A stretch of DNA of 64,000 nt from IMG/VR virus record IMGVR_UViG_3300038312_000396. One strand, given 5' to 3'. The first letter of the stretch is position 1. Each line of letters starts with the position of its first letter. Of this stretch, positions 1 through 9,833 are shown in pieces. The notes under the pieces are model-generated. The model was not told where the DNA came from. It searched no databases and saw only the letters and a program-made list of their open reading frames with translations. The DNA is from an uncultured virus (IMG/VR IMGVR_UViG_3300038312_000396). Its lineage: Duplodnaviria > Heunggongvirae > Uroviricota > Caudoviricetes. The translations under genes were made by a program, and so were the position numbers.

Positions 1-597
1 ACTTTCATTTTCAAGTAACACCTGATTTATCGGCTTTAACGAGTTACTGAATAAAGTAAATAATGTACTTAAATTAACCAGTTCTTCCTGCGATTTTAAA
101 ACGGTAATACCTTTTGTTGCTGAACGAATTAAACCCATTCGCTTAGATTCACTAATTATTTCCCAGTTAACACCTGCGTATCTAAGTACCTCTAAGAATA
201 CGGAGTGTACTGTACCAAACCTAATAGCGTTATATACTGCTGAATTAATGTTTAGTTTAGAACACAGCTTTGTAAACTCTGATCTTAGTTTCTCTGCATC
301 CGATTTTAAAAAAGAAAAAACCGCTGTCTTAGCAGGATTAATCTCATTATTCCTTAACTTATATGCAAGTCTCAGTAACAAAACAGTTGTTTTACCTGAT
401 CCTGCGCATGAAATAACACACAAAGGTGAATCTTTATACGCTATAATGTCGGATATCACTTCCCAGTTAAAGATTTCATACCCTTGTTTTTTCTCTAAAA
501 TTTCACGGTATTTCTTTAAACTAATTTTTGTATTATTTTCTTTATTTACGTCTGCCATTAAGTCTATGAATTCTTTTTCTTCCAATGTAAAGTTCAC
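1..597 (-). CDS. UvrD/PcrA-like SF1 helicase, N-terminal part (runs off window start; not in ORF track)
   Basis: Manual translation from GTG at 597 (RBS AAGGAG): ...PLCVISCAGSGKTTVLLLRLAY...AVFSF...RFGTVHSVF, i.e. UvrD motif I, Ia and the TxHS motif Ib. Confidence 0.8.
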   Translation of the reverse strand, partial: MNFTLEEKEFIDLMADVNKENNTKISLKKYREILEKKQGYEIFNWEVISDIIAYKDSPLCVISCAGSGKTTVLLLRLAYKLRNNEINPAKTAVFSFLKSDAEKLRSEFTKLCSKLNINSAVYNAIRFGTVHSVFLEVLRYAGVNWEIISESKRMGLIRSATKGITVLKSQEELVNLSTLFTLFSNSLKPINQVLLENES

Positions 598-656
598 GCC
601 GATTCTCCTTTTTCTTTTTGAATCTTTACGGCTTCTGTCGCTATAACTATATGTTG

Positions 657-1991
657 TTATAGCCCCAAGTTAATTTCTTCCTCATTGAGTCCATATCTCT
701 CAATATAGTCTTCTTCACAAAAATGTAGTTTCTGCGCTTTCAAAGCATGGTATATATATACAGGATACCTCACTTTGTAAGTTCTGTATGCTCCCTCTCC
801 GCAATATCTGTCGCTTCTTGAGTAAAGTGTCAAATCTACTTCCTTATTGCTGTCAAGCGGATATACTCTATTTGTGTCCCTTAAAAAGACCGAATCTTTT
901 GCAATCTTGCTACGTTTTCTATTTGTTTTATTTCCCGTTTCATTAAAAAGATCAATAGTATGCTTATCTATGCACAAGTGCAATATCCCTAACCCTTTTA
1001 AAGGTAGGGTATCATTCCTTAGAGTGATTCTTTTTAACATGTACTCTTCCTTTAAAAACTTCGCATATTCCTCTGGTGATGAGTCATACAGTTTTTCAAA
1101 TCCAGCCCTCGTATTTAAAGGTTTAGGAACAATTCTAACAAGTATCGAATCACTATTTTTTAAGTATTCCTTGAATATAATAATTGTTTCATCATCTATT
1201 TTTGGATTTAATACATCACATATAGTAACTTGACTTAGTACAGTACCGTCTTTCATTGACATTAATATTTCTTTTTTCTTTTCTAACAGACACCTTTCAA
1301 CCAGTCTAAATGCTTTCCTGCTGTCATACCCCTTTTTCTTTGCCACTCCCATCAAGCCGCTAATATACTTATAATGCTGTAACTCCATAGTTTTTAAGAA
1401 TACATAACGCCTATATTTTTCTTGTATGTCCTCTCTGTCTGACGGTTTAGGCATTAATATTAAATGTACTTTACTTGATAAATATGTATCATCCCATAGG
1501 GAACAAAGTAAAGTACCGAACATTTCAGGTCTATACTGTAAATCAACCTCGATTTGAATTTTACTACTTTTAAATAAGCTACTGCCTTTTTCTATGTACT
1601 GCTCAAATAACAATCCGGCTATCATTCTTAGTGTCGCTAATTCCTTATCCGTGTCAAGTCCTACTTGCAATATTTTAGAGATATCTAATAACCAAAAGTT
1701 ATCCCGATATACATACGAACCGTTCACCCCTAAAAACACTGTAGACAACTTTAATGAAGTCGGATTTTTTAACTTCTTACATATTATATTACTTTGCCCT
1801 AAGTTAACTGCAAACAAATGATCAAAGTTTATACTTTGCGTAACCTTTTTCGAGTAGGTTAAATCCGTAACATCCAACTTATACCCTTTGTTGCTTAAAT
1901 ACAATGCCATTTGTCCTATTAGCTTAATTTCTGTTATGTCCTCAACTCTATCTGTCCCATATATGCCCGAAAACTTAACCACTTCACTCAT
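657..1991 (-). CDS. hypothetical protein (444 aa)
   Basis: Long ORF, overlaps upstream gene, no recognised motif. Confidence 0.6.
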   Translation of the reverse strand: MSEVVKFSGIYGTDRVEDITEIKLIGQMALYLSNKGYKLDVTDLTYSKKVTQSINFDHLFAVNLGQSNIICKKLKNPTSLKLSTVFLGVNGSYVYRDNFWLLDISKILQVGLDTDKELATLRMIAGLLFEQYIEKGSSLFKSSKIQIEVDLQYRPEMFGTLLCSLWDDTYLSSKVHLILMPKPSDREDIQEKYRRYVFLKTMELQHYKYISGLMGVAKKKGYDSRKAFRLVERCLLEKKKEILMSMKDGTVLSQVTICDVLNPKIDDETIIIFKEYLKNSDSILVRIVPKPLNTRAGFEKLYDSSPEEYAKFLKEEYMLKRITLRNDTLPLKGLGILHLCIDKHTIDLFNETGNKTNRKRSKIAKDSVFLRDTNRVYPLDSNKEVDLTLYSRSDRYCGEGAYRTYKVRYPVYIYHALKAQKLHFCEEDYIERYGLNEEEINLGL

Positions 1992-2571
1992 TGTCTTGCC
2001 CCCTTAATACTGTAATTACTAAACCATAATCAGGATGCCCTGTATTACTTAAAATGTGCTTCATATGCTCTATTTCACTGTTTTTTATCGCCTTTAGCTT
2101 CTTTACTTTATAATGTTTGGTGTATGCTCCTAATATCTTTAAAACTTCAATTAACCTTGCCCTGTCCACGTATTCATTTTCTTCTGAATCCTCAACGTAA
2201 GCCGATAAATCAAAGTCAAAATATTCCATCAATAAATCTCTACCGAAAAATACATTACGTAAATGCCTTAGCTTTTTTGAGTCTGTAGCCTCTAAAATTT
2301 CTTTAACAAGGTTTGCCCCTTTTTCTTCCTTTTCAAACTTCTGTTTGTAATAGCTAACCCTTGCCTTTAAAGCATTATAAGCCTTTTTGTCTGCCCTCTG
2401 AAAACTTGAATATCCAAATAAAAGTATATTGAATATTGCAGGATCAGTAATAGACCGCCAATATTCATATATTAAATCAATAATACTGCGCTGTTCATTG
2501 TTTATTTTACGGTATACTTCGCTATTCTTTAACACTGCAAACTCTTTTAATGTCACGAATAAAAACCTCAC
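1984..2571 (-). CDS. hypothetical protein
   Basis: ORF downstream of a near-consensus promoter. Confidence 0.55.
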   Translation of the reverse strand: MRFLFVTLKEFAVLKNSEVYRKINNEQRSIIDLIYEYWRSITDPAIFNILLFGYSSFQRADKKAYNALKARVSYYKQKFEKEEKGANLVKEILEATDSKKLRHLRNVFFGRDLLMEYFDFDLSAYVEDSEENEYVDRARLIEVLKILGAYTKHYKVKKLKAIKNSEIEHMKHILSNTGHPDYGLVITVLRGQDNE

Positions 2572-2646
2572 TATTTCTTACTCAAACGATTTGCGATCTT
2601 CTTTCCCTCTTTATATTTTATTTTTGCAAACCCCGACTTTTACCCC

Positions 2647-2675
2647 ATTATATCATTTTTAAAAGCACATTTCAA
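2647..2675 (-). promoter_or_regulatory. sigma-A/sigma-70-type promoter with extended -10
   Basis: Minus strand reads TTGAAA-17 bp-TATAAT with TG at the extended -10 position. Confidence 0.75.
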
Positions 2676-2726
2676 GACTTCGCTTAACTTTTCTTATTAT
2701 TTTTATCTAACTTTTTCTTACCTATA

Positions 2727-2766
2727 AAATAAAAGACTTTACTTAAATAAGTAAAGTCTTTTATTT
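2727..2766 (-). terminator. intrinsic terminator-like hairpin
   Basis: Perfect 19-bp inverted repeat AAATAAAAGACTTTACTTA/TAAGTAAAGTCTTTTATTT just past the stop of 2778..3293. Confidence 0.7.
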
Positions 2767-2777
2767 ACGTTAGGCAA

Positions 2778-3293
2778 TTAACCTCTAAGCTTTGACGGAT
2801 CAACTTCAATCTCTCCGCTTACAAGGTTGAACACATCCTCTAACTTCTTTAATATCGCTTTTATGTCCTGCTCTGCAAACAATTCTTTTCCCAGTTTGGT
2901 AGCTTCAAATTCACCTGTCTCATTGATGTGGGCAATAGTCTTGACCTCTTCATATTCGTCAATGTAATCAAGGTATTGCTTTTCGCTCTTTACCCATAAG
3001 TCAATTGCTGTTTCCCACAAGGAAAAATCTGCGTACCCTGTTTCGCTATCTACGCCATCCATATCCTTAACATCAATAACATACGCCGAACAGGAAGTGA
3101 AACCTACTGCTATTGTCTCGCCATCTTTAGTTAAGTACTCATTACCTAAGCCAAATATGTGATCCTTACCACTGTTTTTAACACCTTTTAATTTGTTCTT
3201 TAATTGCACTATCATCATCAACGCCACTCCTTTTATTTCATAAAAATTTAATTTTATTAACCTTATATCTTTATTGTCTTTATTACCTGCCAA
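2778..3293 (-). CDS. hypothetical protein
   Basis: ORF with acidic composition, followed by hairpin. Confidence 0.55.
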   Translation of the reverse strand: MAGNKDNKDIRLIKLNFYEIKGVALMMIVQLKNKLKGVKNSGKDHIFGLGNEYLTKDGETIAVGFTSCSAYVIDVKDMDGVDSETGYADFSLWETAIDLWVKSEKQYLDYIDEYEEVKTIAHINETGEFEATKLGKELFAEQDIKAILKKLEDVFNLVSGEIEVDPSKLRG

Positions 3294-3296
3294 GTA

Positions 3297-3521
3297 TTAA
3301 CGTCGAATTATTTCAAATATATTTTTTCTATTTATAGCAAACTTATTCACCGTTAGGTTAATTAAACGATCATAGGTTTGGCTAATCTTTAAAAACATTT
3401 CAACATCCCCTGTTTCCTTGTTATCGGGATGATACTTCTTTGCAAACTCCTTATAAACTTTCCTTAACTCTTGCTCTTTAAAGTCCACTTTTAACCCAAA
3501 TAATTCTAAATCTTTTAACAT
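3297..3521 (-). CDS. minimal J-domain (DnaJ-like) protein
   Basis: ELRKVYKEFAKKYHPDN...MFLKISQTYDRL: HPD motif with J-domain helices II and III. Confidence 0.85.
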   Translation of the reverse strand: MLKDLELFGLKVDFKEQELRKVYKEFAKKYHPDNKETGDVEMFLKISQTYDRLINLTVNKFAINRKNIFEIIRR

Positions 3522-3522
3522 G

Positions 3523-4056
3523 TTATGCCAACTCCCTAACTATATCAGATAATCTGTTTATGTATTTCCAACTCTTACCCTCTGCCCTACCTTTATTGTA
3601 CGGTTTTTTAACCATATATACGTAATTAAAATCGCAATCTAAAACGCAAGGATTGTCCTCTATAACATACGAATACTTACTGTAATTTTTATTAGTATGG
3701 CAAGTAAAAAACTCAAAATTTTCTATCCCATTTTTTAATAAAATTTGCTTTTTAACTTCTACTGTCGCATCTGACACCCCTACCGATTCTATCTTATAAG
3801 GTATGTGATGATCTTTTAACCAATTTATAAACACCAGCGCATCTCTGTCAATATCAACCCCGTCATATATTTCTGGTATCTTCCATAACTCATTAATACC
3901 TTTAAGCAGTAAAGCCTTTTCAACATTATATTGCTTTACGTCTTCGCTTTTAATGTTTAGTCCTTTCCTTTCATTTAAAACCCTTAAAAATCCGCCCAAT
4001 GTATCTGCTAATACATTATCAAAATCAATTAAAAACGAAACGCTATTCTTCAACAT
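3523..4056 (-). CDS. HAD-family 5'(3')-deoxyribonucleotidase-like protein
   Basis: DFDNVLAD motif I, IEDNP motif IV, PYN near the C-terminus. Confidence 0.8.
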   Translation of the reverse strand: MLKNSVSFLIDFDNVLADTLGGFLRVLNERKGLNIKSEDVKQYNVEKALLLKGINELWKIPEIYDGVDIDRDALVFINWLKDHHIPYKIESVGVSDATVEVKKQILLKNGIENFEFFTCHTNKNYSKYSYVIEDNPCVLDCDFNYVYMVKKPYNKGRAEGKSWKYINRLSDIVRELA

Positions 4057-4334
4057 TGTATGTAGCCCCCCTTACTTAGTATAGTCTTAATTTAAACTTA
4101 TAATAGTGTGATTGTCTTTTTATTTATTTAACTACTTTTTATTTTATTTGTTTTTAACGATTCTACGGTGATTTCCTTTTGGCTCTTAAACTACAATATG
4201 CCTTTATCGCAAACACTGTGATTAAACCATTACATACTATGTCTATTATACTTAGGTACGTAAGCCCTTTACTTAACAACGTTTCACCACATACTTAACT
4301 AAGTCACTAACTAAGTGCAATTTATTATAAAATA

Positions 4335-4372
4335 AAAAAGACTTAAACACTATCAAATGTCTAAGTCTTTTT
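4335..4372 (-). terminator. terminator-like hairpin
   Basis: AAAAAGACTTA...TAAGTCTTTTT inverted repeat after 4386..4940. Confidence 0.6.
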
Positions 4373-4385
4373 ATCCTTTATCCCT

Positions 4386-4940
4386 CTACTTGCGTACTAA
4401 ATGCAATCGACTTCTTACGTATTCAACAAAACCTTTTGGAAATATACTTTTTTGTGATGTTAATATAAATTCTCTACCATCTACCCTCTGTAACCAAAGT
4501 ACATTCGCATTTCCGGCTGTATAACAAGCTATGTCGCTCATATTGTCACACCCAACAAATATTGTGTTTAACAACGATGGTAGGAATTGCTCACTTTGAA
4601 GTCTAAGAAATACTCCCCTTTCCCCTACCCTATCAATTATTCTCAAATACTCCGATTCCCTGTCTACTAGAAAATCCCGAATAAAGACATAAAGTAGCTT
4701 ATAATTAAAGTGAGGCAAGAATAACCTTTGCAGCTTGCCTCTTTTTGTATAACTCTGAAACGGATTCAATGTGACCTCTGTTTCAAAAAGTATATCTCTT
4801 GTTTTTGTAATGTAAGCAGTCCAATTACTTTTTGAGCCTAACTTGATTATTCCTGTACCGAACATCTGCTCTAGTTGATCGTCCGACTTCAGTTCTTTCA
4901 TGTGAAAGTCACTACCTACTTTGTAGTACACAAGCCTCAT
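4386..4940 (-). CDS. hypothetical protein
   Basis: ORF closely following the large ATPase gene. Confidence 0.55.
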   Translation of the reverse strand: MRLVYYKVGSDFHMKELKSDDQLEQMFGTGIIKLGSKSNWTAYITKTRDILFETEVTLNPFQSYTKRGKLQRLFLPHFNYKLLYVFIRDFLVDRESEYLRIIDRVGERGVFLRLQSEQFLPSLLNTIFVGCDNMSDIACYTAGNANVLWLQRVDGREFILTSQKSIFPKGFVEYVRSRLHLVRK

Positions 4941-4944
4941 ATAC

Positions 4945-7900
4945 TCACTTCCCTCTCAAAGCCGATTTTATTGCCATCCCTACAAGCACTAAGGGTAATA
5001 CAAACCCCCCGAATGTTGCTCCTATTGCTGCTGTCGCTGCGAATGTTCCCCCTGTTGCCAATACTTTAACACTTTTCGGTATTTTATTGTTCCTGTAAAA
5101 ATTAGAAATAACTCCTGCTTTTGTGGGAATATACTGCTTATTATTTTTCGCCGCAACTTCTATATAATTATCAGACCTATCCTGTGTTGCTTTGTCTTCC
5201 TTGTATTCGCTAGTTACTTCGGTCTGTTTGCGTTTTATTACATGTTCACCTACTTTAACATACCCTAAACTTGGTAACCGCTTAAACAACTCTGACCATT
5301 TATTAATCCCTAAGTCTACTTGGAGCTTATGCACGTACTCAAAACTACTCAAAACTAAATGATTTAATTTCTTTAACTTTCTTAAACAACCAAAATCGAA
5401 TAACTCCCCCAATGTCCCATTTTCTAAATGTCTTTTTATTAACGGATTACCTACGTTCTCTGCTGTAGCATTAATTTGTAGCATACTGCCATTAACGCAC
5501 AAATGCCCCTCGGCTATTTCGATAGCGTAAACTCTTTCAAGTCCACCAAAATTTAAGCGTATTTGCTCTAATATTCTTTCAGTTATATCTTTAAAAACAT
5601 TCCTGTAATACCTATCGTTATTCATTAAGTATTTAGCCGCTTTACCTAAATTCTTACCAGCTAATGTGTTGTCTATAGATACATTTACAGGTATTACCTC
5701 TGCTTTTTTATACTGATCAGCCCCTGATGTGCCTATCTCCGCCATTATACCACTAGCACTTTGATAAGGCAAATTATTTCCAGAAAATACTTCTTTATTT
5801 AATTCAGCATTAAAACCACAATCTGAAACTTCACCCATTCCCCGTTCTAAAGTGTTGTTTTTATTTATTGTGCTTTGATTTTCACTAAAGTCCTCATCTA
5901 ATCCATTTAACATATCCTCATAAAGTGAATCATCTTCAAAATTGTCAAAGTCATCGTAAAGTTCGGATTCTTCTATGCTTTGAGTGCTACTACCCTTTTT
6001 GTACGGTACATCAAACCCATATGCACCAGATAACGGTTCTATTCCATTATACCTAGTTTTAATTAAATACTCATATAAGTCCTCATATCCGTATTGCTGT
6101 AGATATCCTGATCTAATCATTCCCTCTATTGTTTCGTTTAATATTCTTAGTCCTCTTTCATACCCCTCGGGATAATACCGCATTAAAAAGTCTTTAAACT
6201 CTCTTTCATTCTCCGATTCCTTAAAGTAGATACTTTTTACCAGTACTGGATCAGCTGTTTTGGAAGGGTAAAAAGCGAACAAGCCCTGACTTTGCTTCTT
6301 TTGATTAAGTAATTCAACACCAGTAGTCTCAAAACCAGAATCTATTTGTTGGTATAACTCTGAATCGTACTTTAATTTTAAAGACTGTGTTACGATTGAT
6401 GGTGAAAGTTTAGCGCCCATTACAAAATGGTTCATGTTAGTTGTCAATTGCCCTAATTGCCCTGCTTTTGGAGATTGAGTTGCGTATAATCTCCAACACC
6501 CTGCTGTCCTTGCCATTGAACCTATTGTACAAAGCATATTAAGTAACTTTTTTTCATACCTCTTGTCATTCAACATAGATTCAATTTCGTCTACAAAAAA
6601 AGCAGTGTATGAAATATCTAACACATTTGAATCTTTCCAGTTTTTTAAGTAATCATCTACCCCTTTTATGGTATCGCCTGTTCTTACTCTTTCGCTAAAT
6701 TGTCTTAACGCTATTTCCTTATAGTACTTAAAGTACGCTTCTTGAAAACGTAATCCCATAAAATACTCAGGAACACTCTGTTCAACAAGTTTATTATCTT
6801 TACCGTAAACCTTTAACATTGCTTCGGCATTACCAAAACCCATGTAACCTAAACTTTTAGTCATTTGTGCCGCTTCATTTTTGGCATCTACGGTTATTAA
6901 CGGGCAACCATGCTTTATTAACTGTACAATTGCAGTCCATGTTGCAACTGTTTTACCGCTACCATTACCGCCACCATATGTAAACGACCAACTGCCAGAT
7001 GATCTTGTGTCCGCATATACCGCTCCATTTGGTGCAATACCTACAAATAAACGCTCCAAGTTACCAAAATCAACATCCCGTAAGTACTCCGATGCAAATA
7101 CTCCCGTCTTGTTCAAACAATCCGTAAGTAGGAAGTTTTTCTGCATCACATCCTCTTTTAACGTCATTATTCTAAGACTATTTTTGGGTGCTGACGAAAC
7201 AGTATGTATAGTGTGTATGCTGTTAAACCTTAAATTACACATCATTTCTAACTTTGAAAATGAAGTGTACATGTCATTAGAAAACGTTTGGCTCGTGTCT
7301 CCTACAAGTCCTGCATAGATACTGCCCGATAATGGAAGTAAGAAAAAATACTCTATACTTACATCAGTTTCTTTATAAAGTATCTTCAATGAATACATGT
7401 CGTAACCGTCGGTGTCATTCTCAAAATTCTCATTAACATATAGGCTCTTACCCTCGTTAATGTCAGATTTCAGCTTTTCTCTATACTTAACAGGAACATC
7501 ATATATGTAGTCTAAGTCTGCCTTTTTTAATGGTTTTGAAAATGCTCTTATGAATAATTCTGTTTCGCTAACAGGTAACACCCGATACCCCTCTTTTATT
7601 AAAACATAATAGAAGTGCTGTTGCAACGCTATATTAATATCCCAATTGGAATAATCCTGTAGGAATTGGTTTAATCTTGTCAGGCACTCTGTGTGTTTGT
7701 CTAAATTAGTTAAAAAATTACTTGCTTGAACAAAACCGTCTAAGTTGAATATTCTCAGATAGGTTTTAAACCTGTCTGATACTTCATCGTTCTTTTCAAC
7801 CCCTATTACTTTAAAGTTTCCTCGTGCCTTAGCTACAAGTTCAAACACTTTAATAGGGTCAATCCAATAATCGGGGCTTAACTCGCTAACTTCTTTTATG

Positions 7901-8994
7901 TTCTGCTTAAATAGCTCAACTTTATCTTCCTTTAATCTCATGTCAATTAACTTAGATAAAAGTTCGTCTAATTCAGTAAGATATGTCACAATTGTTTCAT
8001 TAGAAACCCTTGATACGTTCTGTAAAGCATCCTTAATTTTAGCTATGTTAGATACTACGCTTTGTGCTTCTGCCATATTTGTCACATGCGTGACCTCTAC
8101 ACCATCTATCTTTTGCACAATGTCCAAATAAATTTTAAATGTTTGACCTATCTCGTTAAAGTGTAACGACGCTATGGCTTTACTTGCACCGCCTTTTTCA
8201 AACTTATTTATTGCTGCCTTTATTATTGTTAGTACATCCCTTTGCCTGCCAGCATATTCTGTTTTTATTGTGCTCAACAACATCAACACAGTCTGTTCGT
8301 TTTCTTTAAAATATCTTGAAATTTCATCACTTGTGTCGTTAACTTCTATTTCATGTAGAGTTAATTCCCTCTCCCTTTTTTCGATAGCAGTGTGAATCTT
8401 ATCAAAAAGTTTTTCAATCTTTTCATCAAATGTATACATATATTTTCTATAGTATGTTCTATCATACCACTTAGCATTTTTAGTTTCGTGCTTAGTGATT
8501 ACTAAGCTTGAATCTTCTAATACCCCTGTGAATGTCTCAAACTTCCCATCACAACTGCCTAACTGTGAAAAAACAATTTCAAAGATAGAGTCATTTTCTA
8601 TAGATGAGTCAACGACACTTATACACCTTAGTCTCGGAAACCTATTCATTAATTGAACCGAACCGAATCCAGTAATAATATCAATTACAGTATTAGTATT
8701 CTCACACAGATCATCAGTTATCACTATTTCTTCTATAGATGAGCAAACTTTTGGGGATGTCAAGCAATTTAAAATTTTGCGTAAATAACTAAGCCCATCC
8801 AATGAATTATCTATCTCTACCTGTTTAAAATTAAGCTTTTTATTTGTAGAACCTAAAGGTAGATGATATTGAACCCCCACAAGTGTTCCAAATATAAAAA
8901 CACGCTTTATATTGTTAGGTGAATTCAAACCCTTTTCATACCCGTCTTTTATTGCCATAACCACGTTAGATAATTCATTAACATGTGTGCCCAT
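4945..8994 (-). CDS. large FtsK/HerA-like P-loop ATPase with C-terminal hydrophobic segment
   Basis: Walker A GGNGSGKT, TVDAK, Walker B FFVDEIE, MARTAG (arginine finger-like), YATQSP; C-terminal VLATGGTFAATAAIGATFGGFVLPLVLVGMAI. Confidence 0.7.
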   Translation of the reverse strand: MGTHVNELSNVVMAIKDGYEKGLNSPNNIKRVFIFGTLVGVQYHLPLGSTNKKLNFKQVEIDNSLDGLSYLRKILNCLTSPKVCSSIEEIVITDDLCENTNTVIDIITGFGSVQLMNRFPRLRCISVVDSSIENDSIFEIVFSQLGSCDGKFETFTGVLEDSSLVITKHETKNAKWYDRTYYRKYMYTFDEKIEKLFDKIHTAIEKRERELTLHEIEVNDTSDEISRYFKENEQTVLMLLSTIKTEYAGRQRDVLTIIKAAINKFEKGGASKAIASLHFNEIGQTFKIYLDIVQKIDGVEVTHVTNMAEAQSVVSNIAKIKDALQNVSRVSNETIVTYLTELDELLSKLIDMRLKEDKVELFKQNIKEVSELSPDYWIDPIKVFELVAKARGNFKVIGVEKNDEVSDRFKTYLRIFNLDGFVQASNFLTNLDKHTECLTRLNQFLQDYSNWDINIALQQHFYYVLIKEGYRVLPVSETELFIRAFSKPLKKADLDYIYDVPVKYREKLKSDINEGKSLYVNENFENDTDGYDMYSLKILYKETDVSIEYFFLLPLSGSIYAGLVGDTSQTFSNDMYTSFSKLEMMCNLRFNSIHTIHTVSSAPKNSLRIMTLKEDVMQKNFLLTDCLNKTGVFASEYLRDVDFGNLERLFVGIAPNGAVYADTRSSGSWSFTYGGGNGSGKTVATWTAIVQLIKHGCPLITVDAKNEAAQMTKSLGYMGFGNAEAMLKVYGKDNKLVEQSVPEYFMGLRFQEAYFKYYKEIALRQFSERVRTGDTIKGVDDYLKNWKDSNVLDISYTAFFVDEIESMLNDKRYEKKLLNMLCTIGSMARTAGCWRLYATQSPKAGQLGQLTTNMNHFVMGAKLSPSIVTQSLKLKYDSELYQQIDSGFETTGVELLNQKKQSQGLFAFYPSKTADPVLVKSIYFKESENEREFKDFLMRYYPEGYERGLRILNETIEGMIRSGYLQQYGYEDLYEYLIKTRYNGIEPLSGAYGFDVPYKKGSSTQSIEESELYDDFDNFEDDSLYEDMLNGLDEDFSENQSTINKNNTLERGMGEVSDCGFNAELNKEVFSGNNLPYQSASGIMAEIGTSGADQYKKAEVIPVNVSIDNTLAGKNLGKAAKYLMNNDRYYRNVFKDITERILEQIRLNFGGLERVYAIEIAEGHLCVNGSMLQINATAENVGNPLIKRHLENGTLGELFDFGCLRKLKKLNHLVLSSFEYVHKLQVDLGINKWSELFKRLPSLGYVKVGEHVIKRKQTEVTSEYKEDKATQDRSDNYIEVAAKNNKQYIPTKAGVISNFYRNNKIPKSVKVLATGGTFAATAAIGATFGGFVLPLVLVGMAIKSALRGK

Positions 8995-9058
8995 ATTCCT
9001 CTGCCACCTTTCAAAACATTAAATTAACTATAGTAATTTTAACTTATTGTTTATAACA

Positions 9059-9104
9059 ATAAAGAGCAGGTATCCAATCCTTTGTTTGGATACCTGCTCT
9101 TTAT
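9059..9104 (-). terminator. terminator-like hairpin
   Basis: Perfect 19-bp stem ATAAAGAGCAGGTATCCAA/TTGGATACCTGCTCTTTAT. Confidence 0.75.
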
Positions 9105-9123
9105 AGTGACAATCTTTACACGA

Positions 9124-9813
9124 TCATTCATTGTCTTCTACAATAATTTCTTCTCCATCAACCATGTCAACGATTTTACTAACGTATGTGACTTCATGAT
9201 TGTCTTTTGCTAGATAGTACATTCTACCATTTTTAGGAATGTAATTGTGCTGTGTTATTATGAATTGAAAACCTAGCTTATCCTCAAATAGTTTAAGAAT
9301 ATCATCTACCATTTCCCAAGCATCAGTATGTAACCCATTCAACACTTCATCTAAATGTACAAATCGCCTATACCCTGTTATGTAAATTAAACAAATAATG
9401 TAGAATATTGAAATTATTTGTGATACCCCTGTGCCCTCTTGTGTTTTTAACGACCTAACTTTACCTTTACTGTTTATAAGTTTTAGCCTCATTTGGGGAT
9501 ATGTCTCATGATAAGCATCCATTTCAACCTCTATTTTTTTAAAGTCATCCGGGAACAACTTAGATAGAGTATCGTTTATTATTGTAACAATGAAGTTCAA
9601 AGCCTTTTTCACTCTTGAATCAGCTAACTTAGTTAATAAGTTACACGCCTCAACAGTGGTGATTTGCTTTTTAATCTCGCTTTCAATCAACTTGTTAATC
9701 TCTGCAACATCTTGTAACAGAACAAGTTTGCTTTTCTCTTTCATTTCATTTTCTACAATCAACCGATCTGCTACTGTGTTTAAGCTGCCCATTTTTTCTA
9801 TAAGAGCTGTCAT
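9124..9813 (-). CDS. SbcC/Rad50-like ABC ATPase, C-terminal half
   Basis: Short coiled coil, variant signature EGTGVSQII, Walker B/D-loop VHLDEVLNGLH, H-loop IITQHN; no Walker A. Confidence 0.75.
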   Translation of the reverse strand: MTALIEKMGSLNTVADRLIVENEMKEKSKLVLLQDVAEINKLIESEIKKQITTVEACNLLTKLADSRVKKALNFIVTIINDTLSKLFPDDFKKIEVEMDAYHETYPQMRLKLINSKGKVRSLKTQEGTGVSQIISIFYIICLIYITGYRRFVHLDEVLNGLHTDAWEMVDDILKLFEDKLGFQFIITQHNYIPKNGRMYYLAKDNHEVTYVSKIVDMVDGEEIIVEDNE

Positions 9814-9833
9814 TTTAAACCCTCTCTTTCAGT

